50,677 bases of DNA from a bacterium (GCA_046757025.1 JBHHXN010000018.1:1-50677); one strand, 5' to 3'. Counted from the first letter of the stretch, positions 10,201-19,504 are shown. Numbers and translations: made by a program. The notes: generated from the sequence alone by a model not told the origin.

Positions 10201-10532
10201 ACGGTGAGCGCGGTTTCCCCTTCAAAGGTTTTTCGGGAAGGTAAACCGCCGGACAGCGGCATGGTGTAAACTTCAGTGGGTCCTTCATACTGCGCCGAAA
10301 ACGCGAGGAGTTTGCCGTCGGGTGAAATGCTCGCGTGTGATTCCATTCCTGGGTGCGTGGTTAACCGCCGAGCCGTGCCGCCGGCGAAACCAACCTGCCA
10401 CAAATCGCCTTCTGAAGTGAAAACAATGGCTTCGGCATAAATGGTGGGATAGCGGTAATAGCCCTGTGGCGACTGGGCGCTTCCCAACAACGGCGTGAGC
10501 ATCAGTAAAATGAATGTGAGTGATCGATACAT
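7251..10532 (-). CDS. Tricorn protease homolog (S41 peptidase, beta-propellers, PDZ), secreted
   Basis: Signal peptide, repeated SPDG/WSP propeller blades, ELSALH, PDZ (GDVILAING), DVRHNRGG, TASDGE catalytic Ser, GTRTWGG, IEGHGVEPD. Confidence 0.95.
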   Translation of the reverse strand: MYRSLTFILLMLTPLLGSAQSPQGYYRYPTIYAEAIVFTSEGDLWQVGFAGGTARRLTTHPGMESHASISPDGKLLAFSAQYEGPTEVYTMPLSGGLPSRKTFEGETALTVGWTPDGKILYTTRHYSTLPNSQLAILNPKTLQLHLVPLSQASDGVYEPTQKTLFFTRLPFQGSRTKRYKGGTVQNLWKFTEGSPEAVPLTKDYPGTSKAPMWWEHRIYFASDRDGTMNLWSMNEDGQDLKQHTFHKGWDIQSPDLYGGKVVYQSGADLYLYDIAADRDQLLKIYLTTDFEQTASNWVQKPMDYLTSVRFSPDGDKIALTARGRVFVAPVKEGRLVEATRKQGVRFRNATFLPDGKSLLLLSDETGEFEFWKLPANGVGPPLNLTQDGKIFRNAALPSPDGKWFAYTDRNQQLWLYNMSERKQKRIAVSDVAWGNFSDLSWSPDSQWLAFGSVAANDHTQISLYHIATGRTTFLTSDRVDSYSPAWSPNGEWLYFLSDRHFRSVVGSPWGPRQPEPFYDKTTKIYIVALAKKQRSPFQPDDELSTADNTQTEKASSSSQQKSEDRESAKNIAVNLNLEGIQSRVMEVPVRAGNYYGLSVNDKKLFFIEVENTVDRKQNLLTLEIDNPAPKPKTLVENIKRYELSLDGKNIMIHKENDFYVIDANASAPAKLEKKQVDLKNWTFLVNPKEEWRQMFVDAWRMERDYFYDPNLHGVDWDGLLKKHLPLVERVADRSELNDLISQIVGELSALHMNVRGGEQRRGADHIRPASLGAVLARDDQAGGYRIDHIYQTEPDYLDRFAPLARPDLNIQEGDVILAINGVPTLSVEHPNVLLNNQAGEQVLLRIKSSQTGKITDAIVAPISQRSEYNLRYDEWEYTRRLQVEKLGEGEIGYVHLRAMGGNNYSEWVRNFYPVYNRKGLIIDVRHNRGGNIDSWILEKLLRKAWFYWKPRVGKPYWNMQYAFRGHIVVLCNERTASDGEAFAEGFRRLGLGKVIGTRTWGGEIWLSNNTWLVDRGIARVPQTGVYGPEGAWLIEGHGVEPDIEVDNLPHATFQGQDAQLEAAIKFLQEKIKEDPVAVPQPPPYPNKAFDYQN

Positions 10533-10559
10533 GCTGCTCTCCTTGGTTAAGGTATCTTT

Positions 10560-12053
10560 TTATGATTTTGTTGAACGGTGGTTTTTTTTCATCAAAAAAT
10601 AATAAATAATAAAGGCAGCGAATGCCGCCGAAAACCAGGCGCCGTTGAAAAGAAATTGCAGGTTTGGATGAACTTTTCCCAACAGCGCCACCGCGATACC
10701 AACCATGAGCGCGATGAGCGCCGTCCGGTTAAACCCATTGCGGTAGGCATATTCCCCGTCTGTTAAATACAGATCGTGTAAATTGAGCGTTTTTTTGCGA
10801 ATGATGACATAATCGCAAATGATGACGCCAACGGCAGCCCCTAAAAGTCCAGAATAACTGATCAGCCAGGATTGATACATGTCCAGGAGTTTCCACGGCA
10901 GGATGACAATGCCGATGACGGCCGCGATCAATCCACCCAGCCGAAAGTTGATTTTTTGCGGATTGAGATTGGAGATGCTGTTGGCAGGCGAAACCACGTT
11001 AGCGGCGATGTTGGTGCTGAGTGTGGCAACGATCAGGACAAACATGGACAGGAGTCCCATCAGCGGATTTTGATATTCCTCGGTTAGCTTTGCCAGCAGG
11101 GTCACCGGATTCCAGATGGCTTCGCCGTACAGGATGAGAGTGGCTCCCGTGACGGCGATGCCGATGAAAGCAAACAAAGGCATAGTGGTCAGTAAACCGA
11201 TAGTTTGTCCCAGCATCTGGTCTTTTTGACTTTTGGCATAGCGGGTGAAATCCGGAATGTTCAGCGACAGGGTCGCCCAGTAACCCACCATGGCGGTGAG
11301 CCAGGGGATGAACAGGTTCAGGACAAATTTGTTGGAGGACATGGCGCTTCTGGCCTGCGCCAGCTCATCCGATTTTTTTAAGATGGCGCCGACACCGCCA
11401 ACTTTGATGGCGGCCCAAATGAGCAAGCATATCCCCATCAAAAGCAGAAAAGGCGCGGCTGCGGTTTCCATCCATTTGATAGATTCGGTGCCGGCCCAGA
11501 CAAAGTAGAGATTCATGAGCCAGAAAATGAAAAAGCTCAGGTAGTGTGAAAGCGTGTATCCCATAAAAGTACTTTCGCCGCCAAGATGCGACCAGCCTTG
11601 CCAGAGAATACTGATGATAGCATGAATGGCCAGACCGCCGATCCAGGTTTGAATTCCGAACCAGCCGCAAGCGATGAGCGCCCGCAAAAGGGACGGAATA
11701 TGCGCTCCCTTGATTCCGAATGAGGAGCGGACAAACGTCGGGAACGGAATGCCGTAACGGGCGCCGGCGTGTCCGTTTAAAATCAGCGGCAGCAGCACGA
11801 TGGCATTGCCTAAAAAAATGGCCAAAAGACTCTGCCACCAGTTCATGCCGGATTCGATCATGCTGGCTGCCAGCATGTAGGTGGGGATGCACACGCTCAT
11901 TCCCACCCAGAGCGAAGCGATGTTCCATAGACTCCAGGTACGGTGTTCTATTTTAGTCGGGGCTAAATCGGCGTTGATGAGGTGGCTGTCCGAAGAATTC
12001 GAAAAAAAATCGGTAGGTTCATTCTTTAGAATTTTACGATTATTTGCATGCAA
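10560..12053 (-). CDS. NCS1 family nucleobase:cation symporter
   Basis: LWVGMSVCIP, YGIPFP..RSSFG, ACGWFGIQTWIGG, WATLSLNIPDFTRYA, STNIAAN, PWKL; about 12 TM segments. Confidence 0.93.
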   Translation of the reverse strand: MHANNRKILKNEPTDFFSNSSDSHLINADLAPTKIEHRTWSLWNIASLWVGMSVCIPTYMLAASMIESGMNWWQSLLAIFLGNAIVLLPLILNGHAGARYGIPFPTFVRSSFGIKGAHIPSLLRALIACGWFGIQTWIGGLAIHAIISILWQGWSHLGGESTFMGYTLSHYLSFFIFWLMNLYFVWAGTESIKWMETAAAPFLLLMGICLLIWAAIKVGGVGAILKKSDELAQARSAMSSNKFVLNLFIPWLTAMVGYWATLSLNIPDFTRYAKSQKDQMLGQTIGLLTTMPLFAFIGIAVTGATLILYGEAIWNPVTLLAKLTEEYQNPLMGLLSMFVLIVATLSTNIAANVVSPANSISNLNPQKINFRLGGLIAAVIGIVILPWKLLDMYQSWLISYSGLLGAAVGVIICDYVIIRKKTLNLHDLYLTDGEYAYRNGFNRTALIALMVGIAVALLGKVHPNLQFLFNGAWFSAAFAAFIIYYFLMKKNHRSTKS

Positions 12054-12212
12054 AGAAATTTACCCCGGGACAAATTGCCTGGATAGGTATTTTTACGATG
12101 TTTTTATTATATTAGGTGATTAATTTGCTTAAAAGACTAAATAAATTCTCCTTACAAATTCAGTCGCCCCAGATGTGTATAAAAACCAATTAATGTTTTG
12201 GATGTATTTGAC

Positions 12213-12758
12213 TTAATGAATATCAACGAGGATTACTTTTACCGGAACTGCTGGAAAGTGTCTTTTAAGACGCTCGATGTCGTAAACCAGTTGTTCACCG
12301 TATGAGACCCCCGTTGACATTTGTTTGTGAAGTGCATGACATGGTACTATTTCTATTCCAACATCCGCTTTATTTTCATTGAAAAAATATTGAAATTTTG
12401 CCATATCATAAAACATAAACGCATATTTGCCAAACTGTACTTCGACCAAAGCCTTGTTTTTTACGAAATCAACTTGCTTGAATGCACCATTTATTTTCAT
12501 CGTGCTGTTAGGAATAGTTATTGTATAAGTGTCTCTTAGTTCCACATAACCATAATTATGAAAAAAATCCTTAAATTGACGATTTAATTCCTTTGGAGAA
12601 TAAAGTTTCCGCCCCTTCATAGTTTTTTCTTTGCTAATTTTTGTCTTAGGACCTTTGATTTGAGCGATAATATCATAAATTTCTTTTTCAATAATTGGGT
12701 ATCGGACTTTTAGTATTTCTGAACCTCCTAAGTGTGAATACTCATAAACGATATCCAT
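12213..12758 (-). CDS. Type II restriction endonuclease, BglII/BstYI family
   Basis: YSHLGGSE, KISKEKT, QVDFVKNKALVEVQFGKYAFMFYD (D...EVQ active site of BglII-like enzymes); ATG overlaps the MTase stop (TAATG). Confidence 0.88.
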   Translation of the reverse strand: MDIVYEYSHLGGSEILKVRYPIIEKEIYDIIAQIKGPKTKISKEKTMKGRKLYSPKELNRQFKDFFHNYGYVELRDTYTITIPNSTMKINGAFKQVDFVKNKALVEVQFGKYAFMFYDMAKFQYFFNENKADVGIEIVPCHALHKQMSTGVSYGEQLVYDIERLKRHFPAVPVKVILVDIH

Positions 12759-13723
12759 TAAGATTTGTCTCCATTCGATTTATCAAAAATTTTCAGCTGA
12801 TTTCCTTCAAGAAATGTTAATTGTTCGGAATGTGATCGTAATCTAACTGTTTGTGGTGGAATGTTGTGATTCGGTAAATTGGGATCATAAACGGTTCTTT
12901 CCATTGGACGAATTTTTAATAATCCTTTTTCTGCTAAGCGAATTCTTTCCTTTGCTACTTTTACATACTCAGAAACAATTTCAGCACCTATTGCTCTTCT
13001 TTTATGCATTAATGCGGCAATGGCAGTTGAGCCTACTCCTACAAATGGATCCAGAACCCAATCATTTTCGTTGGTCAAGGCTAAAATAAATCGTTCAATT
13101 AATTCCACTGGAAACTGACAAGGATGAACAGTCTTTTCTACATGGTTAGATTTTACATTTGGGATATCCCAAACGTCACTTGGATTTTTACCTAAAGGAT
13201 TACCTGAAAATTTACCTTTGTTCGGACCCTTGAAGTGTTTTTTATTTGGGTATTTTTGTGGAATGCGTACTGCATCCAAGTTGAAAGTATAATTCTCGCT
13301 TTTTGTGAACCACAGTATGACTTCATATCTACCAGAAAATCTTTTTGAAGCGTGCAATCCATGGCCGTAATGCCAAACAACCCTATTTCTCAGATGCAAA
13401 TCAAATGAGGCAAAAATTGGATATAATAGAATATCAATAGGGACTATCTCACCATTAGTTACGTAATTCCCAACTTCCCAACAAATACTGCCTTCAGGAT
13501 GACATACGCGAACACATTGTTCAATTATTTTTTTCTGTTGTTTGAGATAATCATCCAAATTCAATTTTTCTTCATAAGATTTCCCTATGTTATATGGAGG
13601 CGATGTGACCACGAGTTTTGAGAAGTTGTCTGGAATTTGTTGAAGTAAATCACTTACATCACCTTCATATAAAATGAAATCAGCGGTTGGATCAAATTCG
13701 GAAGTTATTCTGATCTTACTCAT
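12758..13723 (-). CDS. Site-specific DNA methyltransferase, beta class, probably N4-cytosine
   Basis: TSPPYN (motif IV) precedes HPCQFP and LDPFVGVGST (motif I); coupled to the REase. Confidence 0.92.
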   Translation of the reverse strand: MSKIRITSEFDPTADFILYEGDVSDLLQQIPDNFSKLVVTSPPYNIGKSYEEKLNLDDYLKQQKKIIEQCVRVCHPEGSICWEVGNYVTNGEIVPIDILLYPIFASFDLHLRNRVVWHYGHGLHASKRFSGRYEVILWFTKSENYTFNLDAVRIPQKYPNKKHFKGPNKGKFSGNPLGKNPSDVWDIPNVKSNHVEKTVHPCQFPVELIERFILALTNENDWVLDPFVGVGSTAIAALMHKRRAIGAEIVSEYVKVAKERIRLAEKGLLKIRPMERTVYDPNLPNHNIPPQTVRLRSHSEQLTFLEGNQLKIFDKSNGDKS

Positions 13724-13728
13724 ATTTT

Positions 13729-13757
13729 AAGATAAGAATATTTATATTTGATAACAA
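13729..13757 (-). promoter_or_regulatory. Sigma70-type promoter, probably leaderless, for the MTase
   Basis: TTGTTA-17 nt-TATCTT ending 5 nt before the ATG; no SD sequence. Confidence 0.45.
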
Positions 13758-13863
13758 GATTAACTTAATATTCAGATTTTTAGTAAATTAATTTTTCGAT
13801 ATTTTATTTTGAATTTATCTATATCATGATAACGCTACTACTTGTTCAATGACTGTCTGAAAA

Positions 13864-14748
13864 TCATATCGTTTGCTTTTCCGCTCTTGCAAACGCCGCG
13901 GTCAAAGCCTGCTCGGTTAAAATTTTCACCAGATGCCGGCGGTAATCTGCGGAAGCATGAATATCCTCCGATGGATCGATATCCTGACTGGCAGCCGTTT
14001 CCGCAGCCGCGTGAATCAATTTGGCGTCCGGCCGCACACCGCTGAGTATTTTTGCCGCTTGATCGGCTACCACCGGTCCGTTGCCCACGCTCAGAAAGAC
14101 GATTTTCGCTTCCTGGCATTGTGCCTTATCGTCGAGGTGGACCATCACGGCCACGCCGGCCATAGCATAATCTCCAGGGCGGCGGGCAATTTCACGAAAT
14201 GCCCAACCGCTGTGTGGTGCCAGCGCGGGAAGAGCAATTTCCATCAACAATTCTTCGGGTTCCAGCGCGGTGGTGAAGAGATCGATGAAGAAGTCTTTAG
14301 CGGAAATCCAGCGCTCTTGATTCTGACAGCGAAGATGAAATCGCGCATTCAACGCCACCATAACCGCGGGCAGCTCGGCCGCCGGATCGGCATGCGCAAT
14401 AGCACCGCCGATGGTGCCGCGATTGCGGATTTGCGGATGGGCAATGTGCGGCACGGTTTCGTGTACCAGAGGCGTCTGTTGCCGAATCAGGGCGTTGCGT
14501 TCCAGCTCACGCTGGCGTGTCATCGCTCCGATGCGCAGCTCTTGGGGATTTTCAGCGCGAACGTAAAACAGCTCCGATATTTGGTTCAAGTCGATGAGGA
14601 CTGCCGGCTGGGCCAAGCGAAAATTCATGGTGGGCACCAGGCTCTGTCCGCCCGCCAAAACTTTGGCATCGAATCCGTGCTGCGTTAGCAAAAATAGAAC
14701 TTCTTCGACGGTTTTGGGTGTAAAATATTCAAACGGAGCGGGTTTCAT
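13864..14748 (-). CDS. Xanthine dehydrogenase family FAD-binding subunit (CoxM/CutM-like)
   Basis: MKPAPFEY, LAGGQSLVP, QIRNRGTIGG, ADPAAELP, DIHASADYR. Confidence 0.93.
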   Translation of the reverse strand: MKPAPFEYFTPKTVEEVLFLLTQHGFDAKVLAGGQSLVPTMNFRLAQPAVLIDLNQISELFYVRAENPQELRIGAMTRQRELERNALIRQQTPLVHETVPHIAHPQIRNRGTIGGAIAHADPAAELPAVMVALNARFHLRCQNQERWISAKDFFIDLFTTALEPEELLMEIALPALAPHSGWAFREIARRPGDYAMAGVAVMVHLDDKAQCQEAKIVFLSVGNGPVVADQAAKILSGVRPDAKLIHAAAETAASQDIDPSEDIHASADYRRHLVKILTEQALTAAFARAEKQTI

Positions 14749-17102
14749 GTGTGACCTTCTTTCTTGTTTTTGGCTTTATTGACAATTTCAAACAAGCGGT
14801 TCGGACTCAGTGGAATCTCGCAAATTCCCAGAGACAGATCGGAAAACGCATTCTCAATGGCCTGGGCGAAAAGCGGTCCCACGGGAATCGCGCCGGCTTC
14901 TCCGGCACCTTTTATGCCCAGTGGATTTAACGGCGAAGGCGTTTCCACGTGGTCCGATTCTATTTTCGGAACCACCGTGGAGGTAGGCAGCAGGTAATCC
15001 ATGAACGATGCGTTGAGCAGTTGCCCATTTTCATCATAAGCCAATTCTTCGTAAAACGCGTTGCCGAGACCCTGGGCTACACCCCCCTGAATTTGTCCTT
15101 CCAAAATTAAGGGATTGATGACTCTGCCACAATCGTGCACCACCACGTAGCGTTGAATGTTCACCATCATGGTATCGGCATCCACTTCGAGGATCATGGC
15201 GTGCACGCCGCTGGCAGTGGCGCCGCGGTCGGGTCCAAAATAGTCGGTGGCTTCCAGGCCCGGTACCGTGCCCGGTTTGACCGCCCCTCTAAGCGGATTA
15301 GCCAGGAGCGCCAATTCCCCCAATCCGATGGACTTCTGAGGCACGCCTTTCACAAAAACTTTGCCCTTTTCCAGAACCAGATCTTCCTCCGCCGCTTCTA
15401 GTTGTTCACCTGCTAATCGCAGAATCTTTTTGCGCACCGTCACGGCGGCAGCGTGAATGGCATTGCCAGCCACCACCGCGCCACGGCTGGCAAACGTGCC
15501 GCAGCCCCAATTAAACTCGCGCGTGTCGCCGGTGACCACCCGAACGTTTTTTACGTCCACGCCTAACTGTTCGGCGACGATCTGGGCAAAAGAGGTAAAG
15601 TGTCCCTGACCCTGAGTCCCGACTCCCGTGGCCACGTTTACTTTGCCGCTGGCATCGACGGTCACGCGGGCGCCTTCATAGGGCCCGATGCCGGTGCCTT
15701 CCACATACGACACGATGCCAATCCCGACTTGCCGACCGGCTTTGCGTAAGCGCGGTTGCTCCTCTTTGATGAATTTTTCGTAGCCGATGAGCTTGACCGC
15801 CTTTTCAAGGGCAGGAGCGTAGTTGCCGCTGTCGTAAACCAGCGGAGCAAAATCCTGATAAATGATTTCATGATTGTGCGGAAAAGCATCGGGTGGAAGA
15901 TAATTGATTTTGCGAATTTGGACCTTATCCATTTTTAGTTGATTAGCCGCCAAATCCAGCAGACGCTCCATCACAAACACCCCGTGCTGGCGGCCCGCGC
16001 CTCGATACGGCGTAACATAAGTTTTGTTGGTGAAGATCGCTTTAAATTCGCTGTAATAATTCGGGACATCATACGGTCCCAAAAGCGTGCACTGGCTGTT
16101 TATAGGTACGGTCAAGCCGTAAGGAATGTATGCGCCGGTATCGTGCAGAAAAAAATCGTGAATTCCGAGGATGCGTCCGTCTTTAGATATGGCCAGCTCC
16201 GAGTCGTGAATTTGACCGCGCTCGTGGGTGGTGGCAAAGAAATTTTCCCGTCGATCTTCGATCCATTTCACGGGTTGATTCAATTGCCGGGCGATCCAGG
16301 GAATCAGCACTTCTTCGGGATAAAACATCATGATTTTTGGACCAAAGCCTCCGCCGATAAACGGTGCGATGACCTGCACTTGCGATTCGGAGAGACCGAG
16401 CATTGCGGCCAAACCGTTGCGAATGGGAATGGGCGCCTGGGTGGTGTCCCAAATCGTGAGCTGCTGGCTTTTGTCATTCCAGTTGGCAACGATGCCGCGA
16501 TTTTCCAGAGCCGCCGCCACTCCGCGGTCGTAGAAAAAACGACGGTTGATGAGCAAATCGGCCTGTTCACGGACGGCCTGATAGCAGCCTTTCTCCTGAA
16601 TCACGTGGGCGGCTAAATTAGAATCCAGATCATCGTGAATCAACGCAGAGGAGGGATTCAGCGCCTTTTCTAGATCGACCACGGCCTCCAGCGGTTCCAC
16701 GTCCACCACGATGTCTTCGATGGCGTCCTCAGCCAGGTAGCGGCTTTGCGCGATGACCACCGCGATGGGCTCGCCCACGTGCCGCAGCTTGTCTTTTGCC
16801 AGGGGAACCTGGGTGCGCTCATGAAAGCTCAGCCTGTCGATGGGCGGAGGCGGTACCAAAAGCGGGCCCGGCCGCCAGTAGTCGCCCAAATCGTCAGCAG
16901 TATAAATCGCCACCACGCCTTTGCGTTTTCGGGCTGCCGAAACATCGATACTTTTGAGACGGGCGTGCGCGTAATCGCTGCGCACAAACGCCGCATGCAG
17001 CAGGCCGGGCAAATGGACATCGTCCACGAACAAAGCCTGCCCGGTAAGCAGGCGCGGATCTTCATTTCGTTTTAGGCGTTCACCAAAATATCTCGTTGCC
17101 AA
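14745..17102 (-). CDS. Xanthine dehydrogenase family molybdopterin-binding subunit (form II CoxL-like)
   Basis: EDPRLLTG, GGGFGPK, PYRGAGR active-site loop, QGQGH, GTFASR, QIQGGVAQG, KGAGEAG; TTG start. Confidence 0.93.
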   Translation of the reverse strand: MATRYFGERLKRNEDPRLLTGQALFVDDVHLPGLLHAAFVRSDYAHARLKSIDVSAARKRKGVVAIYTADDLGDYWRPGPLLVPPPPIDRLSFHERTQVPLAKDKLRHVGEPIAVVIAQSRYLAEDAIEDIVVDVEPLEAVVDLEKALNPSSALIHDDLDSNLAAHVIQEKGCYQAVREQADLLINRRFFYDRGVAAALENRGIVANWNDKSQQLTIWDTTQAPIPIRNGLAAMLGLSESQVQVIAPFIGGGFGPKIMMFYPEEVLIPWIARQLNQPVKWIEDRRENFFATTHERGQIHDSELAISKDGRILGIHDFFLHDTGAYIPYGLTVPINSQCTLLGPYDVPNYYSEFKAIFTNKTYVTPYRGAGRQHGVFVMERLLDLAANQLKMDKVQIRKINYLPPDAFPHNHEIIYQDFAPLVYDSGNYAPALEKAVKLIGYEKFIKEEQPRLRKAGRQVGIGIVSYVEGTGIGPYEGARVTVDASGKVNVATGVGTQGQGHFTSFAQIVAEQLGVDVKNVRVVTGDTREFNWGCGTFASRGAVVAGNAIHAAAVTVRKKILRLAGEQLEAAEEDLVLEKGKVFVKGVPQKSIGLGELALLANPLRGAVKPGTVPGLEATDYFGPDRGATASGVHAMILEVDADTMMVNIQRYVVVHDCGRVINPLILEGQIQGGVAQGLGNAFYEELAYDENGQLLNASFMDYLLPTSTVVPKIESDHVETPSPLNPLGIKGAGEAGAIPVGPLFAQAIENAFSDLSLGICEIPLSPNRLFEIVNKAKNKKEGHT

Positions 17103-17164
17103 TGTTTGCGCTCCGTTTTAATTTTTGTTTTACCACCGCGTCATTTGCGATGAGCGTATGAATT

Positions 17165-17647
17165 TTATGACATTTTTTGTGCGGCGATTTTCACTGCGTC
17201 CACGATGTGCTGATACCCTGTACAGCGGCAGAGGTTGCCCGAAATGGCTTCACGGATCACTTGTTCATCGGGATCTGGGTGCGTTTTTAGAAACGGAATC
17301 AGCGTCATCAAAATCCCCGGGGTGCAGAAGCCGCATTGCAATCCGTGGGCTTCTTGAAAGGCGGCCTGCAGCGGATGCAAACCCTCTTCAGTTAGTTGTG
17401 CGGTTAAACCCTCCACTGTCTGGATGTCTGCACCGTTCACCTGCACGGCAAAAATTAAACAAGCGCGCACGGGTTCGCCATTTAATAAAATCGTACAGGC
17501 GCCGCAAACGCCGTGTTCACAGCCAACATGGGTGCCGGTCAGATCGAGCTCGTGACGCAAAAAATCACTCAGGAGCAGACGCGGCTCCACAGAGCGTTTG
17601 TGTTTTTTGCCGTTGACCGTAACAGAGATAGTAAATGCTTTACTCAT
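17165..17647 (-). CDS. Xanthine dehydrogenase family 2Fe-2S subunit (CoxS-like)
   Basis: GCEHGVCGACT, QCGFCTPG, GNLCRCTGY. Confidence 0.95.
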   Translation of the reverse strand: MSKAFTISVTVNGKKHKRSVEPRLLLSDFLRHELDLTGTHVGCEHGVCGACTILLNGEPVRACLIFAVQVNGADIQTVEGLTAQLTEEGLHPLQAAFQEAHGLQCGFCTPGILMTLIPFLKTHPDPDEQVIREAISGNLCRCTGYQHIVDAVKIAAQKMS

Positions 17648-18000
17648 TGGTCCGTTGTTTCCTTAAAAGAATTTGGTTAGAAAGTAACTCATTGAAAAAG
17701 TAAAACCTATCACAGCGTGAATTGTCTCCGGGAATTAAGTTGCAGTTTATAAATTATTTTTGCCTTTTTCAAGCAAAAAGTTTTGGTGCATTTAAAACTT
17801 CTGGATACGCCCGATTGGATTTTATTCAAGGATGTGGATGAACGAAAAATTAATTTCTGGCGGTGCTAGAAGGAGGGATTATTTTCATATAAACTGAAAT
17901 TTAAATGAGTGGCTGTTCAAAAGAAACTCACATTTTCCACCCGGCAGTTCAAATTAAATCAGCAAATGCAGCAATCCAGCAAACAGAAAATTAACTATTT

Positions 18001-18043
18001 AAAAAATAGGACACCCGATTTTCAACATTCAAATCGGGCGCCC
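18001..18043 (-). terminator. Rho-independent terminator after lipoprotein gene
   Basis: Minus strand GGGCGCCCGATTT-loop-AAATCGGGTGTCC followed by TATTTTTT, about 30 nt after the stop at 18074. Confidence 0.7.
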
Positions 18044-18073
18044 ATTGTTTGCTGTTTAAAATGCCACAGGCTG

Positions 18074-19504
18074 TCAGGCGGAGGGAGTGATGACGACAGA
18101 GCCGTCCGGATTAACGGTCACGTCGTACGATTGGTCGCCTTCTTTTACGGTTCCCTGACCAGAGCCGTCCGGGTAGAAGTCGAATTCACCGCTGGCGATG
18201 GGGGCGTCTCCGTTGTCATAAGCCGCTTCGGATTCATACAGATCGAACTTAAAATGCGCGCTGCCATCCGGGTAGTATTCTGCGTTGAAAATCAGAAAAG
18301 TCTCATCCACGTCTGTCCATTTACCAGAAACCTGGTTGACGTCCGGGGTCTCTTCAATGGTGATTTCTCCGTGGCTGCCATCGGGATTTTCAACTTTTAA
18401 TGTTGTCGTTTTGATGTTGCCTGTCACCGACTGACTGACGGAGACTTTCTCCACTTCCGTCCGGCCATCCAGGTAGGTGATCTTCTTTTCAAACGAGCCG
18501 TTGATGATGGAGTCGGGTCCATCAATGGTGAAATCTCCCGATTCAGAGATGGCGACGGGGTCATGTCCATCGGGAAAGGTCGTGGTAAGCGAATAACTGC
18601 CTTTGCCATCTTCTTCGGCACTGTCGAAAGTGCCTTCGATGGACGTGCCGTCCCGGCGCGATTCGGACAAAGTGCCAGTCCCATCCACATTGAAGGTGAC
18701 TTCTACCGTGTGTTTCTTGCCATCAGAAAAGGTGGACTCTTTAAAGAATCTGCCGCCAAACCCTTCATGGTATTCAAATTCAGCTTCGGTGCGGCTGATA
18801 AAACTGGAGCTCGAGTAGGTAATGTCACTCGAAAGTTTCCCGCCGACCGGTTCCGTTCCAGGTTCGTAGGGATCTGGTTCAAACCGGCCGAACTCCTCCT
18901 GAATCAATCGTCCGGGTTTGTAGCGTTTCAGATTTATCAACGATATCAAAACGTCATCCGATTCGTCTAAAAGGGTCTTGTTTAAATCCACCACGATTTC
19001 GGTTGAATCATACTCAAGGGGCCGGCTTTCAATATAATCAAATCCCACCACAAACAAACGGCCGATGCCGGTTTCGTCGTTGTAGATGAGGCTGCTGCGA
19101 ATGGTCACGCCTTCGGCTTCATCACGGAATGTGACATCCCAGATCACGGTTTCGTCCTTACTGCCCTGCAATTTGTCCAGCGTTTTGAAGTCGAGATTTT
19201 GTTGCGAGAACGCTTTGCGCTGAACCGAGCGGGCGAAATTAAAAGCGGTTTTCGGATTTTTTACCTCTGGAATTTCCAGATCGACGATGGCGTCCGGCCC
19301 TTGAATGAGATCGCTGTTTTGTTTGAACGAGGCGACGTTGTTGTAAATACTCACCCCCGAAGTGCTAACAGATTTCACGGTTTGATTTTCTTCCTTGTCT
19401 TTTCCTGGTGATACCGGATCCGTGGTGGAACAACCCAATGCCAACAAAAGCGTGACCATGGCCACTAAAATAAAATTCAGTTTGAAAAAAGAATACTTTT
19501 TCAT
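18074..19504 (-). CDS. Acidic beta-rich lipoprotein of unknown function
   Basis: Signal peptide with lipobox LALGC; AGGAG RBS; recurring PDG[ST] turns; own terminator. Confidence 0.8.
   Translation of the reverse strand: MKKYSFFKLNFILVAMVTLLLALGCSTTDPVSPGKDKEENQTVKSVSTSGVSIYNNVASFKQNSDLIQGPDAIVDLEIPEVKNPKTAFNFARSVQRKAFSQQNLDFKTLDKLQGSKDETVIWDVTFRDEAEGVTIRSSLIYNDETGIGRLFVVGFDYIESRPLEYDSTEIVVDLNKTLLDESDDVLISLINLKRYKPGRLIQEEFGRFEPDPYEPGTEPVGGKLSSDITYSSSSFISRTEAEFEYHEGFGGRFFKESTFSDGKKHTVEVTFNVDGTGTLSESRRDGTSIEGTFDSAEEDGKGSYSLTTTFPDGHDPVAISESGDFTIDGPDSIINGSFEKKITYLDGRTEVEKVSVSQSVTGNIKTTTLKVENPDGSHGEITIEETPDVNQVSGKWTDVDETFLIFNAEYYPDGSAHFKFDLYESEAAYDNGDAPIASGEFDFYPDGSGQGTVKEGDQSYDVTVNPDGSVVITPSA

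Noticed and set aside
13933..14688. Long antisense ORFs (this 251-aa one and others such as 15939-16616, 21537-22109, 3985-4551)
   Set aside because: Shadows on the opposite strand of well-supported genes, with no recognisable motifs
14745..17102. Aerobic CO dehydrogenase (form I coxL)
   Set aside because: Active-site loop is PYRGAGR rather than AYxCSFR, gene order is S-L-M, and no cox accessory genes are present
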